A DNA stretch of 64,000 nucleotides, taken from assembly GCF_009914755.1 (NCBI RefSeq), contig NC_060939.1. One strand, 5' to 3'. The DNA is from the human T2T-CHM13v2.0 reference genome, Homo sapiens. Shown here in pieces: positions 30,361 through 44,354 of this stretch. The notes beneath the pieces are model-generated. The model searched no databases. It worked only from the letters and a program-made list of their open reading frames with translations, and was not told the DNA's origin. Within the stretch, counting starts at the first letter, position 1; each line of letters starts with the position of its first letter. The position numbers were made by a program, and so were the translations under genes.

Positions 30361-31113
30361 AAAGGAGGTGTGGAGGCTGATGAACTGTCACAGCCTTATG
30401 CCGTGTGGGCCTTTGATAGCTCTTGAGCAATAGGGCATTCCCAGGGAGGTGCTGTGCTGTGGTGGAGAAGTCAGGAGGGAGAAGCGAGCTGATGGGCCCG
30501 CCAGAGGGATGCAGGGGGCTGCTGGAAGGAGCATCAGGGTCCCAAGACTCTGCTCACAGCTTAAAGCACCTCATTGAGCCGAGAACCCTGCTAGGTAACC
30601 AAGGCCTCTCTTTTATCCTGAAAAGTCACTTCCTGAACATTAAATGCAAACAGAACCCTCTCTGTCTGGATCTCCTTCGGTATGATTTCACTGTATTTAG
30701 CTTTGGCAGTGGCATTGTCTTGCATGAGACCTGGCAGGTCCAAGACAAATCACAAATAAAAGCAAATAATCACAAATAAAATAGAGGAAGAAAAATTGGG
30801 AAGATTTGTGGAGGAGGTGTGGAAATAGGTGAGAGGGTGGGAATGCCGGTGAGCAAGGGCCTTGATCCTAGTAAGAAAGGCACAAGCCCTTTCATAGGGA
30901 GAAAAGCGCAGGTGGAAGGAGAGAGAGGGCAGGAGGGGGAAGGGCTCTGCCTGTGGAGTGGGTGGGACCCCCATGCCTACCCTGTCTTTCTGTGCTCTGG
31001 GGCACTTCTCCCCACATCCCCTGCTTTCTGGGTCCTTCTCCCTGGGGAACCTCTTTCACCAGCATTGTCCTCCCTCCTGTATTTTCAATTCTCTCTGTCC
31101 CCACTCAGCTCTT

Positions 31114-31720
31114 TTTTAAAACCTATGTAATTATTTTTATTTTTAATGTCCAGAATGTGTACTATAAGGGCCAGGGCTTCTTCCTGGACTTAATTTTATA
31201 AATTCTTGATTGGTTGGTGAGACCAATAGCGATACTTTTTCTTGTCTAATTTGGTTTCCGGGAAAGCTTCGTTCAAGTCGTCAATGGTCATCTGATCAAA
31301 TGGTATTAAGTTCCTCATCTTCTCCAGCTGTTTCTCATATTCTCCAACCTGGCCTTTGAGAGAGACACCCACTCAGCACAAGTTTTCCCATCTTCTTTTT
31401 CTTCAGCATCCACCTGGGCAGTATATTTATCCTCTGGTACAGGAAGCTTCAGGACATTAAACTTCTTCTCAAAGTCATCCACCAAGCCTGCCTTGGCCAC
31501 ATTGGCCTTGTAGTAAGTCCAGTCAATAGCTGGTGGATTCTCAGGTAAAGTAGCCAGCCTGGAGGTGAGGGTCTCATTCCAGGATTTCAGATAATTAGCA
31601 ATGGCCTTTTGGTTTTGGGGTATCATCTCTGCAAAAGCTACCCAGTCAATGGTTTTTAGAGCAAGTTTTCACCCAGCCATCTTGGTATACTTCACTGACC
31701 ATGGCAGCCCATGGCCCACA
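31114..31720 (-). pseudogene. ATP5PDP1: Processed pseudogene of ATP synthase peripheral stalk subunit d (ATP5PD/ATP5H)
   Basis: Intronless; ATG at 31680: [17 protein letters not shown]...; codon 4 CGA>TGA, 1-nt frameshift near 31349, original stop TAA at 31196-31198; 3' UTR and short A tail; TSD ccccactca(g/c)ctctt at 31099-31113 and 31721-31735. Confidence 0.93.
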
Positions 31721-33419
31721 CCCCACTCACCTCTTATAGGGTATATGTGCACAAATGCAGTTCACTATTTTAACACAGCACATCCACCTTCAACTCTCAT
31801 CCCCAGCTTCCCTAGCAGCCCCTGCCCTTTCTCTCAACTCCACTTCTCAGCCAAGCTCCTTGCCCACTGCTTTGCCTCCCACCACCCCTCACCTGCTGCA
31901 GACTGCCTTCTGTCCCACGGCTGCCTCGACGCCACGCTCACCTCCCAGCTCTGAGGGCTGGGCTCTGGGCGCCTTTCCTGCTCTTACCCTGCAAGGCCTC
32001 CTGCAGCCCTGCGGGTACTGTCCACTCCTCCTGGGCTTAGGTGACTTCTCTCTCTTGGTTGTCTAGCTGCCTCCTTATCCCCACTGTCCTCTTCCTCTCA
32101 GTCCCCATCACAGACTTTCCCTTCTTGAACTGGTGCCTCCCAGGGATTTGTCCCCATCTCCTCTCTTCTCACTCCACTGGCTCCCGCGTGACACTGGGGA
32201 CCCCCAGAACTGTGTACTGCGGCACCCTCTGCTGGACAGCTCCTCTGGGGGAAACCTTGGACACTTCACAGCCAAGGAGTCCAAATGGAACTCTTCCCCT
32301 TGCTCCTTCCTCTCAAAATACCTGCCCTTCCTCTTGCACGTCTGGTCTTGATGAGTGAGGACACTGTCCATCCATCACTTCAGGGGACACCTGCGTGCCA
32401 CCTTGTACTTCTCCAGCTTCCTGATCTCCCTTTAGCCCATCAGTCCAGCCCAATTCCTGATGCTGTCCTGAAACGGTGCCCCCCTTGCTCTGCCTTCACT
32501 GAAGCCCCCGCTTACCTGGACAACTCCTAACCAGTTTCCCATTCACCCTTTCTCCAAATGAGTCACCAGTGATTTTTCTGAAGTGCCAATTCCATCAGGT
32601 TGCTCCCCTGCTTAAGATCCCACAGTGGGTAAAGTCCAGACTTCTCAGCATCACCCTCAAAGCCTTGAGGGTCTTCCCCTCCCCACCTGGAGGCCAGGAA
32701 GGCTGACCTCCTCTCTCCCGCACCTCCCTCTCTCCCTCTCTCTTGCATGCATCAGCCTCTCTCTTTCTGAAATGTCCTCCTCTCACTCTACTTTCTCTGG
32801 TACCCAGGCTCGAGCATCACCCCTCCAGGAAGTCTTCCTGACACCCTTCCTCTGCTGCACCCGGATTCTAATAGGGGCTGCTTCTTCTGTATTTCCTATT
32901 AGCCAACTCATGCCTCAACATTATAAATACTTATCTGTCTTTCCCCCAATCACCCTGGAGGGCATGGACTGTGTCTTATTAACAGCGTTCCCAGTGCTTA
33001 AGAATGACAGTGCCTAATAGTAGCAGAACGACTAATACAACCAGCAGTAGCTTTTAATAACATATACTATTTTGAGGTATTTATATGCATGACCCCACTT
33101 GGTCTTACAACATCCCTATAGTTAGTTACTGTTATTGTTCCTACATTACAGATGAGGAAATCGAGGCTTAAAGACATTAAATAGATCATTCACAAAGAAC
33201 TGGTAGAGCTAGATTTTGAATGCAGCCGTCAGACTCCAGAGCCTGGGTGCTTCATAAGTGCTTGCTTGCTGCAATATCTGGAACATAGTTGGTTTTCCAG
33301 TTCGTATTTCTTGCCCGATAGAGTGAATGAATTAAAAGATGGTCCCTACATAAACAAATGGATGAATACCTGAACCCACTGCCACATGCTGAGATGGGTT
33401 AGCTGGGAAGGAGGAAGGA

Positions 33420-33480
33420 GCATAGGCAGGAGACTGTAAGGGGCATAGGCAGGAGAGTGTAAGGGGCATAGGCAGGAGAG
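33420..33480 (+). repeat. 23-bp tandem repeat, about 2.6 copies
   Basis: gcataggcaggaga(c/g)tgtaaggg twice, plus gcataggcaggagag. Confidence 0.85.
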
Positions 33481-34594
33481 GGGGAACAGGAAGGTAAGTG
33501 CAGCTAGGGTAACTGTGGTGGCCAAAGGAGAAAGTGCCCAATGGCCAGCGGGACACCAGTCTGTTTTGTGGTGCCCAGGCCAGCCTGAAGCATCTGGGAA
33601 CAGTTGAGAGGATTTTGGAGCAATCAGGCAGTCACTCTGAGTAAAGTCCCTTGAGTTGTGCCAGCCTGAGTGGCTGAACTCTTGGCAGCTTTGCCCATGC
33701 CCCAACCTTGAGGAGAGGGCAGGGAACTCACACCCATTGTGGAGGGCCTGGGCCTCCCCCAAAAGACCTCACATGTTCAGGAGCACTTAGAGAAGTCTTG
33801 TTTAAGGTAGCCACTGGACAAGAGAGGAGGCGGAAGCACCGCAGGGGCACGAAGCCCATTCATAGGGTCAGGAAAACCCTGGCCAGCTCCTCTGCCTGGA
33901 CCGTAGGGCTGAATAAGACCTGGGCTCTGGGCCTAGGGAGCTGGTTTATAGGTTCAGCCCCTCATTCGATTTCTGTGAGCCATTAGTCAGAGGGTATGTG
34001 GGTGAGGGTGCTGGGGAGAGGGAGGCAGCTCTGATAGAGCAGCTTGTCCCTCAGCACAGGGGAGGGGACAGGGAGAGAGAGGGAGGCTAAGCAGGGTTGA
34101 TGAGCACCTTCCTGTCCGGAAGGAAGCAGGGCTGTGCCCACAGGGGAGGGACACCTGAACAGAGAAGTGAGGACACATCTGCCATCCGCATGGGGCAGGC
34201 CAGTGCTCACTAGGTGGGGGTGGAGAACCTCCAGAACTTCCTTTTTTTCTTTAATTTTACAGATGGGGTCAGACCTTTCTAAGACCCAGAGAGACTTGGG
34301 TGCTGATTCCGGCCCTGCCATGAATTTCCACTGTGCCCCTGGGCAGGTGACAGTTTCTTTGCCTATAAAATCAGAGGCTGTGACGGGCTGGATGCCTGGG
34401 TCTGAGGGAGGGTGAGGAGGTGCCCCACAGACGATTGCACAGGGAAGCCACAGCTGGCAGACGCCAATGGATTCCTCTTTCCCCTTCTTTTCTCACCCCT
34501 AGAAACAGAGACAGTCACCCTGGAGAAGGGATTAAACTGGTAGAGGGCCTCTGTGAGTGCACTTCACAATTTACAAAGCACTTCAATTAAAAAA

Positions 34595-36055
34595 ATTTTT
34601 TTTAAACTTTTATTTCAGGTTCGGAGGTACATGTGCAGATTTGTTACATAAGTAAACTCATGTCAAGGGGGTTTGTTGTACTGATTATTTCACCACTGAA
34701 TACTAAGCCTAGCACCCAATAGTTCTTTTTTCTGCTCCTCTCCCTCCTCCGACCCTCATCCCTCAAGTAGACCCCAGTGTCTGTTGTTTCCTTCTTTGTG
34801 TTCATAAGCTCTCACCACTTCTAAGTGAGAACATGAGATGTTTGGTTTTCTGTTCCTGTGTGAGTTTGCTAAAGATAATGGGCTCCAGCTCCATCCACAT
34901 TCCTGCAAAAGACATGATCTCATTCTTTTTTATGGATGCATAGTATTCCATGGTATATATGTACCATATTTTCTTTATCCAATGTGTCATTGATGGGCAT
35001 TTAGGTTGATTCTATGTCTTTGCTATTGTGAATAGTGCTGCAATGAATATTCGCATGCATTTGTCTTTATGATAGAATGATTTATATTCCTCTGGGTATA
35101 TACCCAGTAATGGGATTGCTGGGTCAAATGGTAGTTCTGTTTTGAGCTCTTTGAGGAATCACCATACTGCTTTCCACAATGGCTGAACTAATTTACACTC
35201 CCACTAACAGTGTATATGTGTTCCCTTTTCTCTGCAGCCTTGCCAGCATCTGTTTTTTGTTTGTTTGTTTGTTTTTTACTTTTTAATAATAGCCATTCTA
35301 ACTAGTGTAAGATAAGATGGTATCTCATTGTGGTTTTGATTTGCATTTTTCTAATGATCAGTGATATTGAACTTTTATTCATTTGCTTGTTGGCCACATG
35401 TATGTCTTCTTTTGAAAAGTGTCTGTTCATGTCTTTTGCCCACTTTTTAATGGGGTTGTTTTTCTCTTGTAAATTTGTTTAAGTTCCTTATAGAGACTGG
35501 ATATTAGATCTTCGTCAGATGCATAGTTTGCAAATATTTCCTCCCATTCTGTAGGTTGTCTGTTTACTCTGTTGATAGTTTCTTTTGCTGTACAGAAGCA
35601 TTTAAGTTTAATTAGATCCCATTTGTCAATTTTTGCTTTTGTTGTGATTGCTTTCAGCATCTTCATCATGAAATCTTTGCCTGATACTATGTCTAGGATG
35701 ATATTGCCTAGATTGTCTTCCAGGGTTTTTATAGTTTTGGGTTTTACATTTAAGTCTTTAATCCATCTTGAGTTGATTTCTGTATACAGTGTAAAGAAGG
35801 GGTCCAGTATCAATCTTCTGGATATGGCTAGCCAGTTATCCCAGCACCATATACTGAATAGGGAGTCCTTTCCCCATTGGTTGTTTTTGTCAGTGTTGTC
35901 AAAGATCAGATGGTTGTAGGTATGGGGCCTTGTTTCTGGGCTTTCTATTCTGTTTCATTGGTTTATAGGCCTGTTTTTCTACCAGTACCATGCTGTTTTG
36001 GTTATTGTTGCCCTGTAGTATAGTTTGAAGTTAAATAATGTGATGACTCCAGCTT
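34595..36055 (-). mobile_element. L1 (L1PA/L1PB-type) 3' 1.45 kb
   Basis: ORFs 35427-35813 and 34802-34990 are L1 ORF2 C-terminal peptides; T-rich tail at about 34595. Confidence 0.9.
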
Positions 36056-36126
36056 ACAAATACTTTATATTTTTTATGTAAAATAAATATACATACTTAT
36101 TTATGTATACTTTATATATACAAATA

Positions 36127-36433
<307 letters not shown>

Positions 36434-37049
36434 CTGCAAAGCACTTTAGAATACACTGCCTCATTTGATCCTCACAGCAACCCTATGAGGGAAAGTCAGG
36501 CTGACACTCCTATTATTATGTTATCATTTTACCCCTGGGGGAACCAGGGTCACACCATGAGGGAGTCCAGAGCTCTTTGCTTTGTATCACACAATAATGC
36601 TGGATGTCGTGAACCCCAAAACCATCAGCCACAAGGACCTGAAGATGACAGATTCTGTGCACACCATGGGGGGATGGGAAGACCAGGAATCAGGAGCCAA
36701 GGGTGCTGCCTGGCTGGTGCTGCTTCCTTGCTCCACAGTGGAACATTTCTTTTGTCACAGTTTGTCTGCAGGAGCCACTGCCTGGCCTGGGTGGCCAGCC
36801 TTACTCTGTTGTTGTGAGGCCAGGGGAGGCTTGCTTAGGAGCTGGTCTCAGGGGGCACCATAGCAGTGGGCATGAAGGAATTCCAGCGTTCCAGGCCCTG
36901 GGGGATGTCCAGCTGGAAGGGAGCTTTGAGATGATCTAGTTTATTCAACTGAGGTGGAAAAAGAAAGCCAGACAGGCTTGCCTAAGTGAAACGAAGAAGG
37001 AGGAGAAGGAGGAGGAGGGGAGGGGGTTGGGGGAGGATACAGAGTATAA

Positions 37050-37348
<299 letters not shown>

Positions 37349-37803
37349 CAGAGTATAATAATTTTTAAAGTCAATTTTTAGTTGGGGACAGGGAAAATAA
37401 TTTGAAAGGTAGGCTGGAAAGGCAGAAATGACCAACATCCACATACCCCTGAGAGGTCTTTCCCAGGCCAGTAGGAAGCCTGCCTGCTGTTCTTCTCCAG
37501 TGACACAGCCAGGGATAGGAAAGGAGGGCCGTGACTAAACATGAGGACTCAGTGCTTGGCAGAGAGGCGAGGTTTCACATTCCTGCAAGGGCAGCTCGGG
37601 TGGCCCTCTCCTGATGGCAGGGAGCCACCTGGAACACAGCATGACAGGGCAGTGACAGGGCACCACGGAAATGCCCAATGGTACCTCATGGGGATGGGTG
37701 CAGCTGACACATGAGGCGGAGTGAGGACATGCAGGCTCCTACCCTTCCTGACCCAAGCAGCTGCGTGCAGGCAGGGCTGGGGGCCACCCCAAGAGAGAAA
37801 ATA

Positions 37804-38312
<509 letters not shown>

Positions 38313-38631
38313 TCAAAACTATAGAGCCGCGGAGCAGGTGAGGAGTGGATGTGCCTGCAGACTGACAGGAAGATGCTCTCCTTTCCCATGTTTCTGAATT
38401 TTCTAAATTATCTATGATGGAGATGTATCCATTTGTAATGCTGACTTTTCAACAACATAATAAAAGGGGAAATAAAGGAAATTGGATGGTGTGTCCAGCC
38501 ACCAGAGTCCCAAGGCTGAAAGCCAGAATGATCTCTTGAGAAATGTTAGCAAGGATTTTCTCTGGGATGGGGGAGCTATTGGTGATTTTCCTTTCGTTAG
38601 TTTTTTTTTTTTTTTTCCACTTTCCAAATCA

Positions 38632-39420
<789 letters not shown>

Positions 39421-39585
39421 TTAGAGGGGATGGTGGTGGGCTTATTTTGTGGTTGAGGCTCTTAAGGGAGGAGAGAGAGGACAGGAGGGGAAGGGAGGGT
39501 TCAGCCACAGAGCTGGCAGCCAGGCCAAGAGGATCAGCCAGGAGCAATAAGTGGCTTGAGAATGCTGGTGATAAATAAAGACATC

Positions 39586-39591
39586 TTTATT
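39586..39591 (-). terminator. TGM7: TGM7 polyadenylation signal AATAAA
   Basis: Plus-strand tttatt about 155 nt past the stop codon; first canonical hexamer in the 3' UTR. Confidence 0.8.
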
Positions 39592-39746
39592 GTCTCTTCC
39601 CAAAGCACACGGTGTTTCTAACAGAGCTTCATTCATTCCCAGGCAGGCTAGAGAGAGGACAGAGGTGGAGCCAAGACGACATAGCCAGGAGTAGAAAGGA
39701 GCCAGGTGGGGCAGGGGTGCCAGGGAGGGCAGCTGGAGGGCGGGTC

Positions 39747-39906
39747 TCAGGGAGCCCCAGCCACAGTGACGAAGATGTCCTTGTAGCCTTTGATCTCCTT
39801 GACCTCGTTGCTGCTGATGAGAACCTGGAGCTGGCGGGGTCCAGCTTTGGTCGGGTAGAGGTCCAGTTGAATTTGGAGGGTGTGTCCGGCCACCAGAGTC
39901 CCAAGG
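39747..39906 (-). CDS. TGM7: Transglutaminase 7, exon 13 coding part (160 nt including stop)
   Basis: TTTCAG|C CTT GGG ACT...GCT CCC TGA; LGTLVAGHTLQIQLDLYPTKAGPRQLQV...FVTVAGAP*. Exons 2-13 plus a 10-nt exon 1 sum to 2133 nt = 710 aa. Confidence 0.96.
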
Positions 39907-40153
39907 CTGAAAGTCAGAAACAGCCTGTGAGAGCCTCGAGGACTTCCTGCTGGCGGCAGGGGTGATCTGGTTCCCCTCTGGGTGGGTAAGAGGCTCCCAC
40001 TCACCACCACCACTGAGCTCAGCCTTTCCTGAGGAGGGTGAGAAAGTGGGGGCAGAGAGGCACTGCACAGGAGACTGAGGAGGGTCCTGTGATGCCATGG
40101 GGCACCCCTTTCCTGAGACCAGCAAGGGGGAGGTGGGCAGAAGCGTCACTTAC

Positions 40154-40287
40154 TCCTTTGCTATCTGCCCATTGATGAGGCCGCTTCCTTCCAGCACCAT
40201 CGTGCAGCTGCTCAGAGCCACCATTAAGGTGTTGGTGAGGGTGACATGGACTCTCAGCGCCTTGCCCACCTCAGCCCTCTCAGACAC
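40154..40287 (-). CDS. TGM7: Transglutaminase 7, exon 12 (134 nt)
   Basis: ACACAG|GTG TCT GAG AGG GCT GAG GTG GGC...GCA AAG GA|GTAAG; includes VLEGSGLING. Confidence 0.95.
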
Positions 40288-41751
40288 CTGTGTGGAGAGA
40301 AGTCAGCAATCCCATGGGCAACTGGCCTCGCTTCTGCACTCTGGTTCAGTTACCCCCACCCCCAGGTCCCTGGCGACCACCAGGAACTGCGGCTTAGAGC
40401 TAATGTGCCACAGTGGCGAGGGAGGAATGTGAGCTGAGAGTACTTGAGATTAACACATATACAGGCCTGCATTAGGTCACAATACTCCAAGGAGCCACCA
40501 CCAATCAGCAGTTGCCACCAAGCTGAAACCCGTTTCTGTCCCCACCATCTAGTTCAAGATGTCCACAAGATTTAAATGGAAGTGCCAGCTCCAGTGGGTG
40601 GCTACTAGGAAGGCTGTGTTAAAAGGATCCTGAGGACAAAGGATCACAATTGATTCATATCTAACACAGGTGTGGGATAAGGAAGTGGTGTCGTGTGTGC
40701 CACCCATGTGCCATCAGTGATGTCATCCTGCCCTTACGCTCATCACCGAGGAAACAGTGAGGCCAAGGCTGCATGATGTGTTAATGGCAGAGCCAGGACC
40801 TGACCCAGGTGTCCCAGACCCCAGCCTAGGATCTTTCCCCACGCTGCTGTGTCTTCATAAACATCAGCAGGGCATGCACTCGAGTTTTTCCAGGTGTGCT
40901 CAGTGCTGTGTCACGGGGCAGCACAGCTGTGGCCTGTGAGTGGGAGGCAGGCATCCTTCCTACTCATTTCTGGAGCCCCTGGGCCTAGAACAGTGCCGGC
41001 CAGATGATGGATATCAGTAAGCACGTGTTGAACTGAAATGAGCTCTGACCACCCAGATCGTACTAGGGGCTTGTTCTGGCTGGGCCAGAGACTCAAGGAA
41101 AAGGAAGAACACACCTGACTCACCTGGGGTCCAAACAAAAATACCAAGTCCCTTGTACCCTCATAAGGGTGTCAAAGTAGAACAGGTTAAAATAACTGTG
41201 GAATCATCTGCAGATCCCTTACTGATGGGGACCAATTAGCAACCTACTTGGCATTTGCCATGTTTGCTTCAGGTACACGGCAGGGCCCTGGCCACAGCCC
41301 CAGGCTTATGTCTGCACTTGCAGTTCTGCCCACTGTTTGCCCCAGCACAGAGGCTGCCTGGTGTCAGCTGGCCCGACAGCCTGACAGTGTGCCTGGGTGA
41401 AAACCCTGGGGTAGGCCAGCTGATTTATGGTCTGGAGCTGCCCAGTTCTCTATTGGGGTGGGGAGGGGCAGGCTGTTGGAGAAGCCTCCAGGTACAGAGC
41501 CAGGTTTGGACTAGGCAGTGGGCAAGTCTTTCTGAGTGGGAGGGGCAGGTGAGAAAACGAGGCTTTCGGGAAGGAAAACCCTGGTAGCAGGAGATGGGGA
41601 ATGCACCTGCCCTCTTCCATTCACCCTTCCTTTGCCTGAAATTCCTTCTTTGTGTAATGGCCTCACTGGCCACTCAGGCATCTGAACTCAAAATCTGAAG
41701 TTCACTTTTCATTTGTTTCCGTCTTTGTCACCTCAATCTTGTCAATACTCA

Positions 41752-42045
<294 letters not shown>

Positions 42046-42408
42046 AGTGGTCATCGTTTGAATTTGACTTTGTGGAGTCTCTAAATCTGTCTCCTCTACT
42101 TCATCTCCTAGTCACTGCCTTTCCCGTCTCTTTGCCTTTGCAAAATGATTTCCTTACTTAAAATGCCTTCACGGCCATCTAATTTCTCTATAGTTTCCTA
42201 TGCATCCTCTGAAAAATAGCACGTCCTTTGAGAAGCCTTCATGCCCCTCCAACCCCACGCTGGTACAGAGCACTAGACCACACCATACTGTGCTGGAGCC
42301 ATCGGTGTGGTGAGAGGTGGGAACAGTGTCTTGTTGGCTGCTGCACCCCAGCCCCTGGATTGGGTGAGTCAGAGAGCCTCAGAGCCCCCACCCATGTCCA
42401 GACACTAC

Positions 42409-42569
42409 CTCAATAGACAAGTGGGGAGGCTCCAGACAGATATCTTTTAGGACCAGCATGGACCTCCCTGTCTCTTCAACCTCCGCGATGCCAGACACGC
42501 GGATGAGCTTTTCGTCCGTTAGCTTGTTTCTGTAATTGCTGTAGGGCAGGAGGAGCGGCCACTGTGTCT
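42409..42569 (-). CDS. TGM7: Transglutaminase 7, exon 11 (161 nt)
   Basis: GCTTAG|AG ACA CAG TGG...ATT GAG|GTAGT; TQWPLLLPYSNYRNKLTDEKLIRVSG...EPPHLSIE. Confidence 0.95.
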
Positions 42570-42916
42570 CTAAGCACATACAAAAGACACCTTGAGTCCA
42601 GGACATGGACCAGAGAGAGGGGGGACATGTAGATGTGAGAGAGGAAAAATTAGAATTTTCACGTGAGAGGTAAAAGTGTGTGTGAGAGACAGACAGACAG
42701 CGTCCCACCACGCACACACTGTCCCCAGGGCTCACTGCTCCGTCTCGCCTGGTGGGGTGGCATCAGAGGTGCAGCAGCTGGCAGCTTCACTGCCCAGAAT
42801 GTGTGTGTGTTGGAGGAAGGGGTCTGTGTGTAATCTGGCTGGGCCCACCCCACTGTGTTCATGGACCCACAGCTCCCCTCCCTGTAGGTGCCTTCTCAGG
42901 CCTGCCTCACACTCAC

Positions 42917-43243
42917 CCTTCCCAAAGTCCAGGTTCATCCGCACTGTGTGCCTCCAGAAGGGCTTCTGGGTACCACCCCCATGCAGCAGGGCCTGTGCAC
43001 AGAAGCGCACCACCAGTCCGATGGGCCCCCGAGGGTGGGTGCTGTCTGGCACCCTCTGGATACGCAGCAGCAGCTGCAGGTCCTGGCCCCACTCGGGTAT
43101 CCTGGCCAGGTGAAGCTGCAGCTGCGCTGGCTGATCCCTAAGACCCCCAGACTCCAGGAGATCCAGGAAGGGCAAAGAAGCTCTTTGGGGGCCCAGCATT
43201 TTCCGAGAAGCCTTCATGAAGACAGCTCTCTCCTCAGGGGATC
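42917..43243 (-). CDS. TGM7: Transglutaminase 7, exon 10 (327 nt)
   Basis: CTGCAG|GA TCC CCT GAG...GGG AAG G|GTGAG; SPEERAVFMKA...RMNLDFGK. Confidence 0.95.
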
Positions 43244-43633
43244 CTGCAGAAGGGAGAGGTAGGAGAGACATGCATGGGGAGGGGTGGAGAGGACCAGTGA
43301 CTTTCCTGGGGCAACAAGGCACAGGAATAGCAGCACAGGGAGGCGGCGCGGCTCAGGTGCTGCTTGCTGGGTTCAAATCCTTGCTCTGTCACAGTCCTTT
43401 AATCTCTCAGTGTTCTGTTCTGTCATCTGTAACCTGGGGATGATATCTGCTTTCCTTATAAGGGATCCCAAAAACGTCAGGCTGAGTTGCTGGCTGCAAG
43501 GACTCAGCACTGTTTTCTACCATCACTATGGCCACCAGCATCACTATCATCATCATCATGAAGCCAGAGGCTTCTCTCCCCTACCAGCATCCCTCCAGCT
43601 AAGATATATGCTCGAAACATAAAAAAGAGCTTC

Positions 43634-43934
<301 letters not shown>

Positions 43935-43975
43935 TCATCTCTTGCCCATGGGGGCTACTTAACATGGAGGCTTAA

Positions 43976-44354
43976 TGTGGCTGGCTGCCACTGCTACTAC
44001 TTGAGACCATCATTACCACAGTTACTACTGTTACTACTTGAGACCATCATTACAAGACTGAACGAAGGGATGAATGTAGAAATGGTAAAAAACAGAAGAA
44101 ACTGTTTTAAGGAAAGGCTAGCATGCGGAATAAGAAAAGAGAAGGAGAAAAGAAGAGAAGAAGAAAGGGCTCCCTGCTTCTAGTGAGCAAAGGCAGCCGC
44201 TGAGTGTCTACCGCCCTTCATATTTATTTGGGTAGCAAGAGCAAGGAGGAGGAGGTAATGACTGGTCAGCTGCTTAATTGAGCACAGGTTCAGATTGTTA
44301 CTGACAGGCTTCAGTTATGCCTAATCATAAGAAACATTTGTGCCGCCTCCAACA
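43976..44354 (-). mobile_element. Solo LTR, LTR3 family (HERV-K HML-6), in TGM7 intron 9
   Basis: Minus strand begins TGTTGGAGGC and ends CCACA; perfect 6-bp TSD GCTTAA at 43970-43975 and 44355-44360 (class II ERV hallmark); internal sequence matches recalled LTR3 (TTAAGCAGCTGACC, CCCAAATAAATA, CTCACTAGAAGCAGGGAGC). Confidence 0.8.

Noticed and set aside
33420-33480. Short direct repeats (also 60853/60953 and 14509-14538) as CRISPR-like arrays
   Set aside because: Eukaryotic DNA, 2-3 copies only, no unique spacers of regular length and no cas genes; simple tandem duplications.
39442-40149. 235-aa minus-strand ORF overlapping the TGM7 3' end
   Set aside because: Alternative frame across GC-rich intron 12, exon 13 and the UTR; non-ATG start and runs past the polyA signal.
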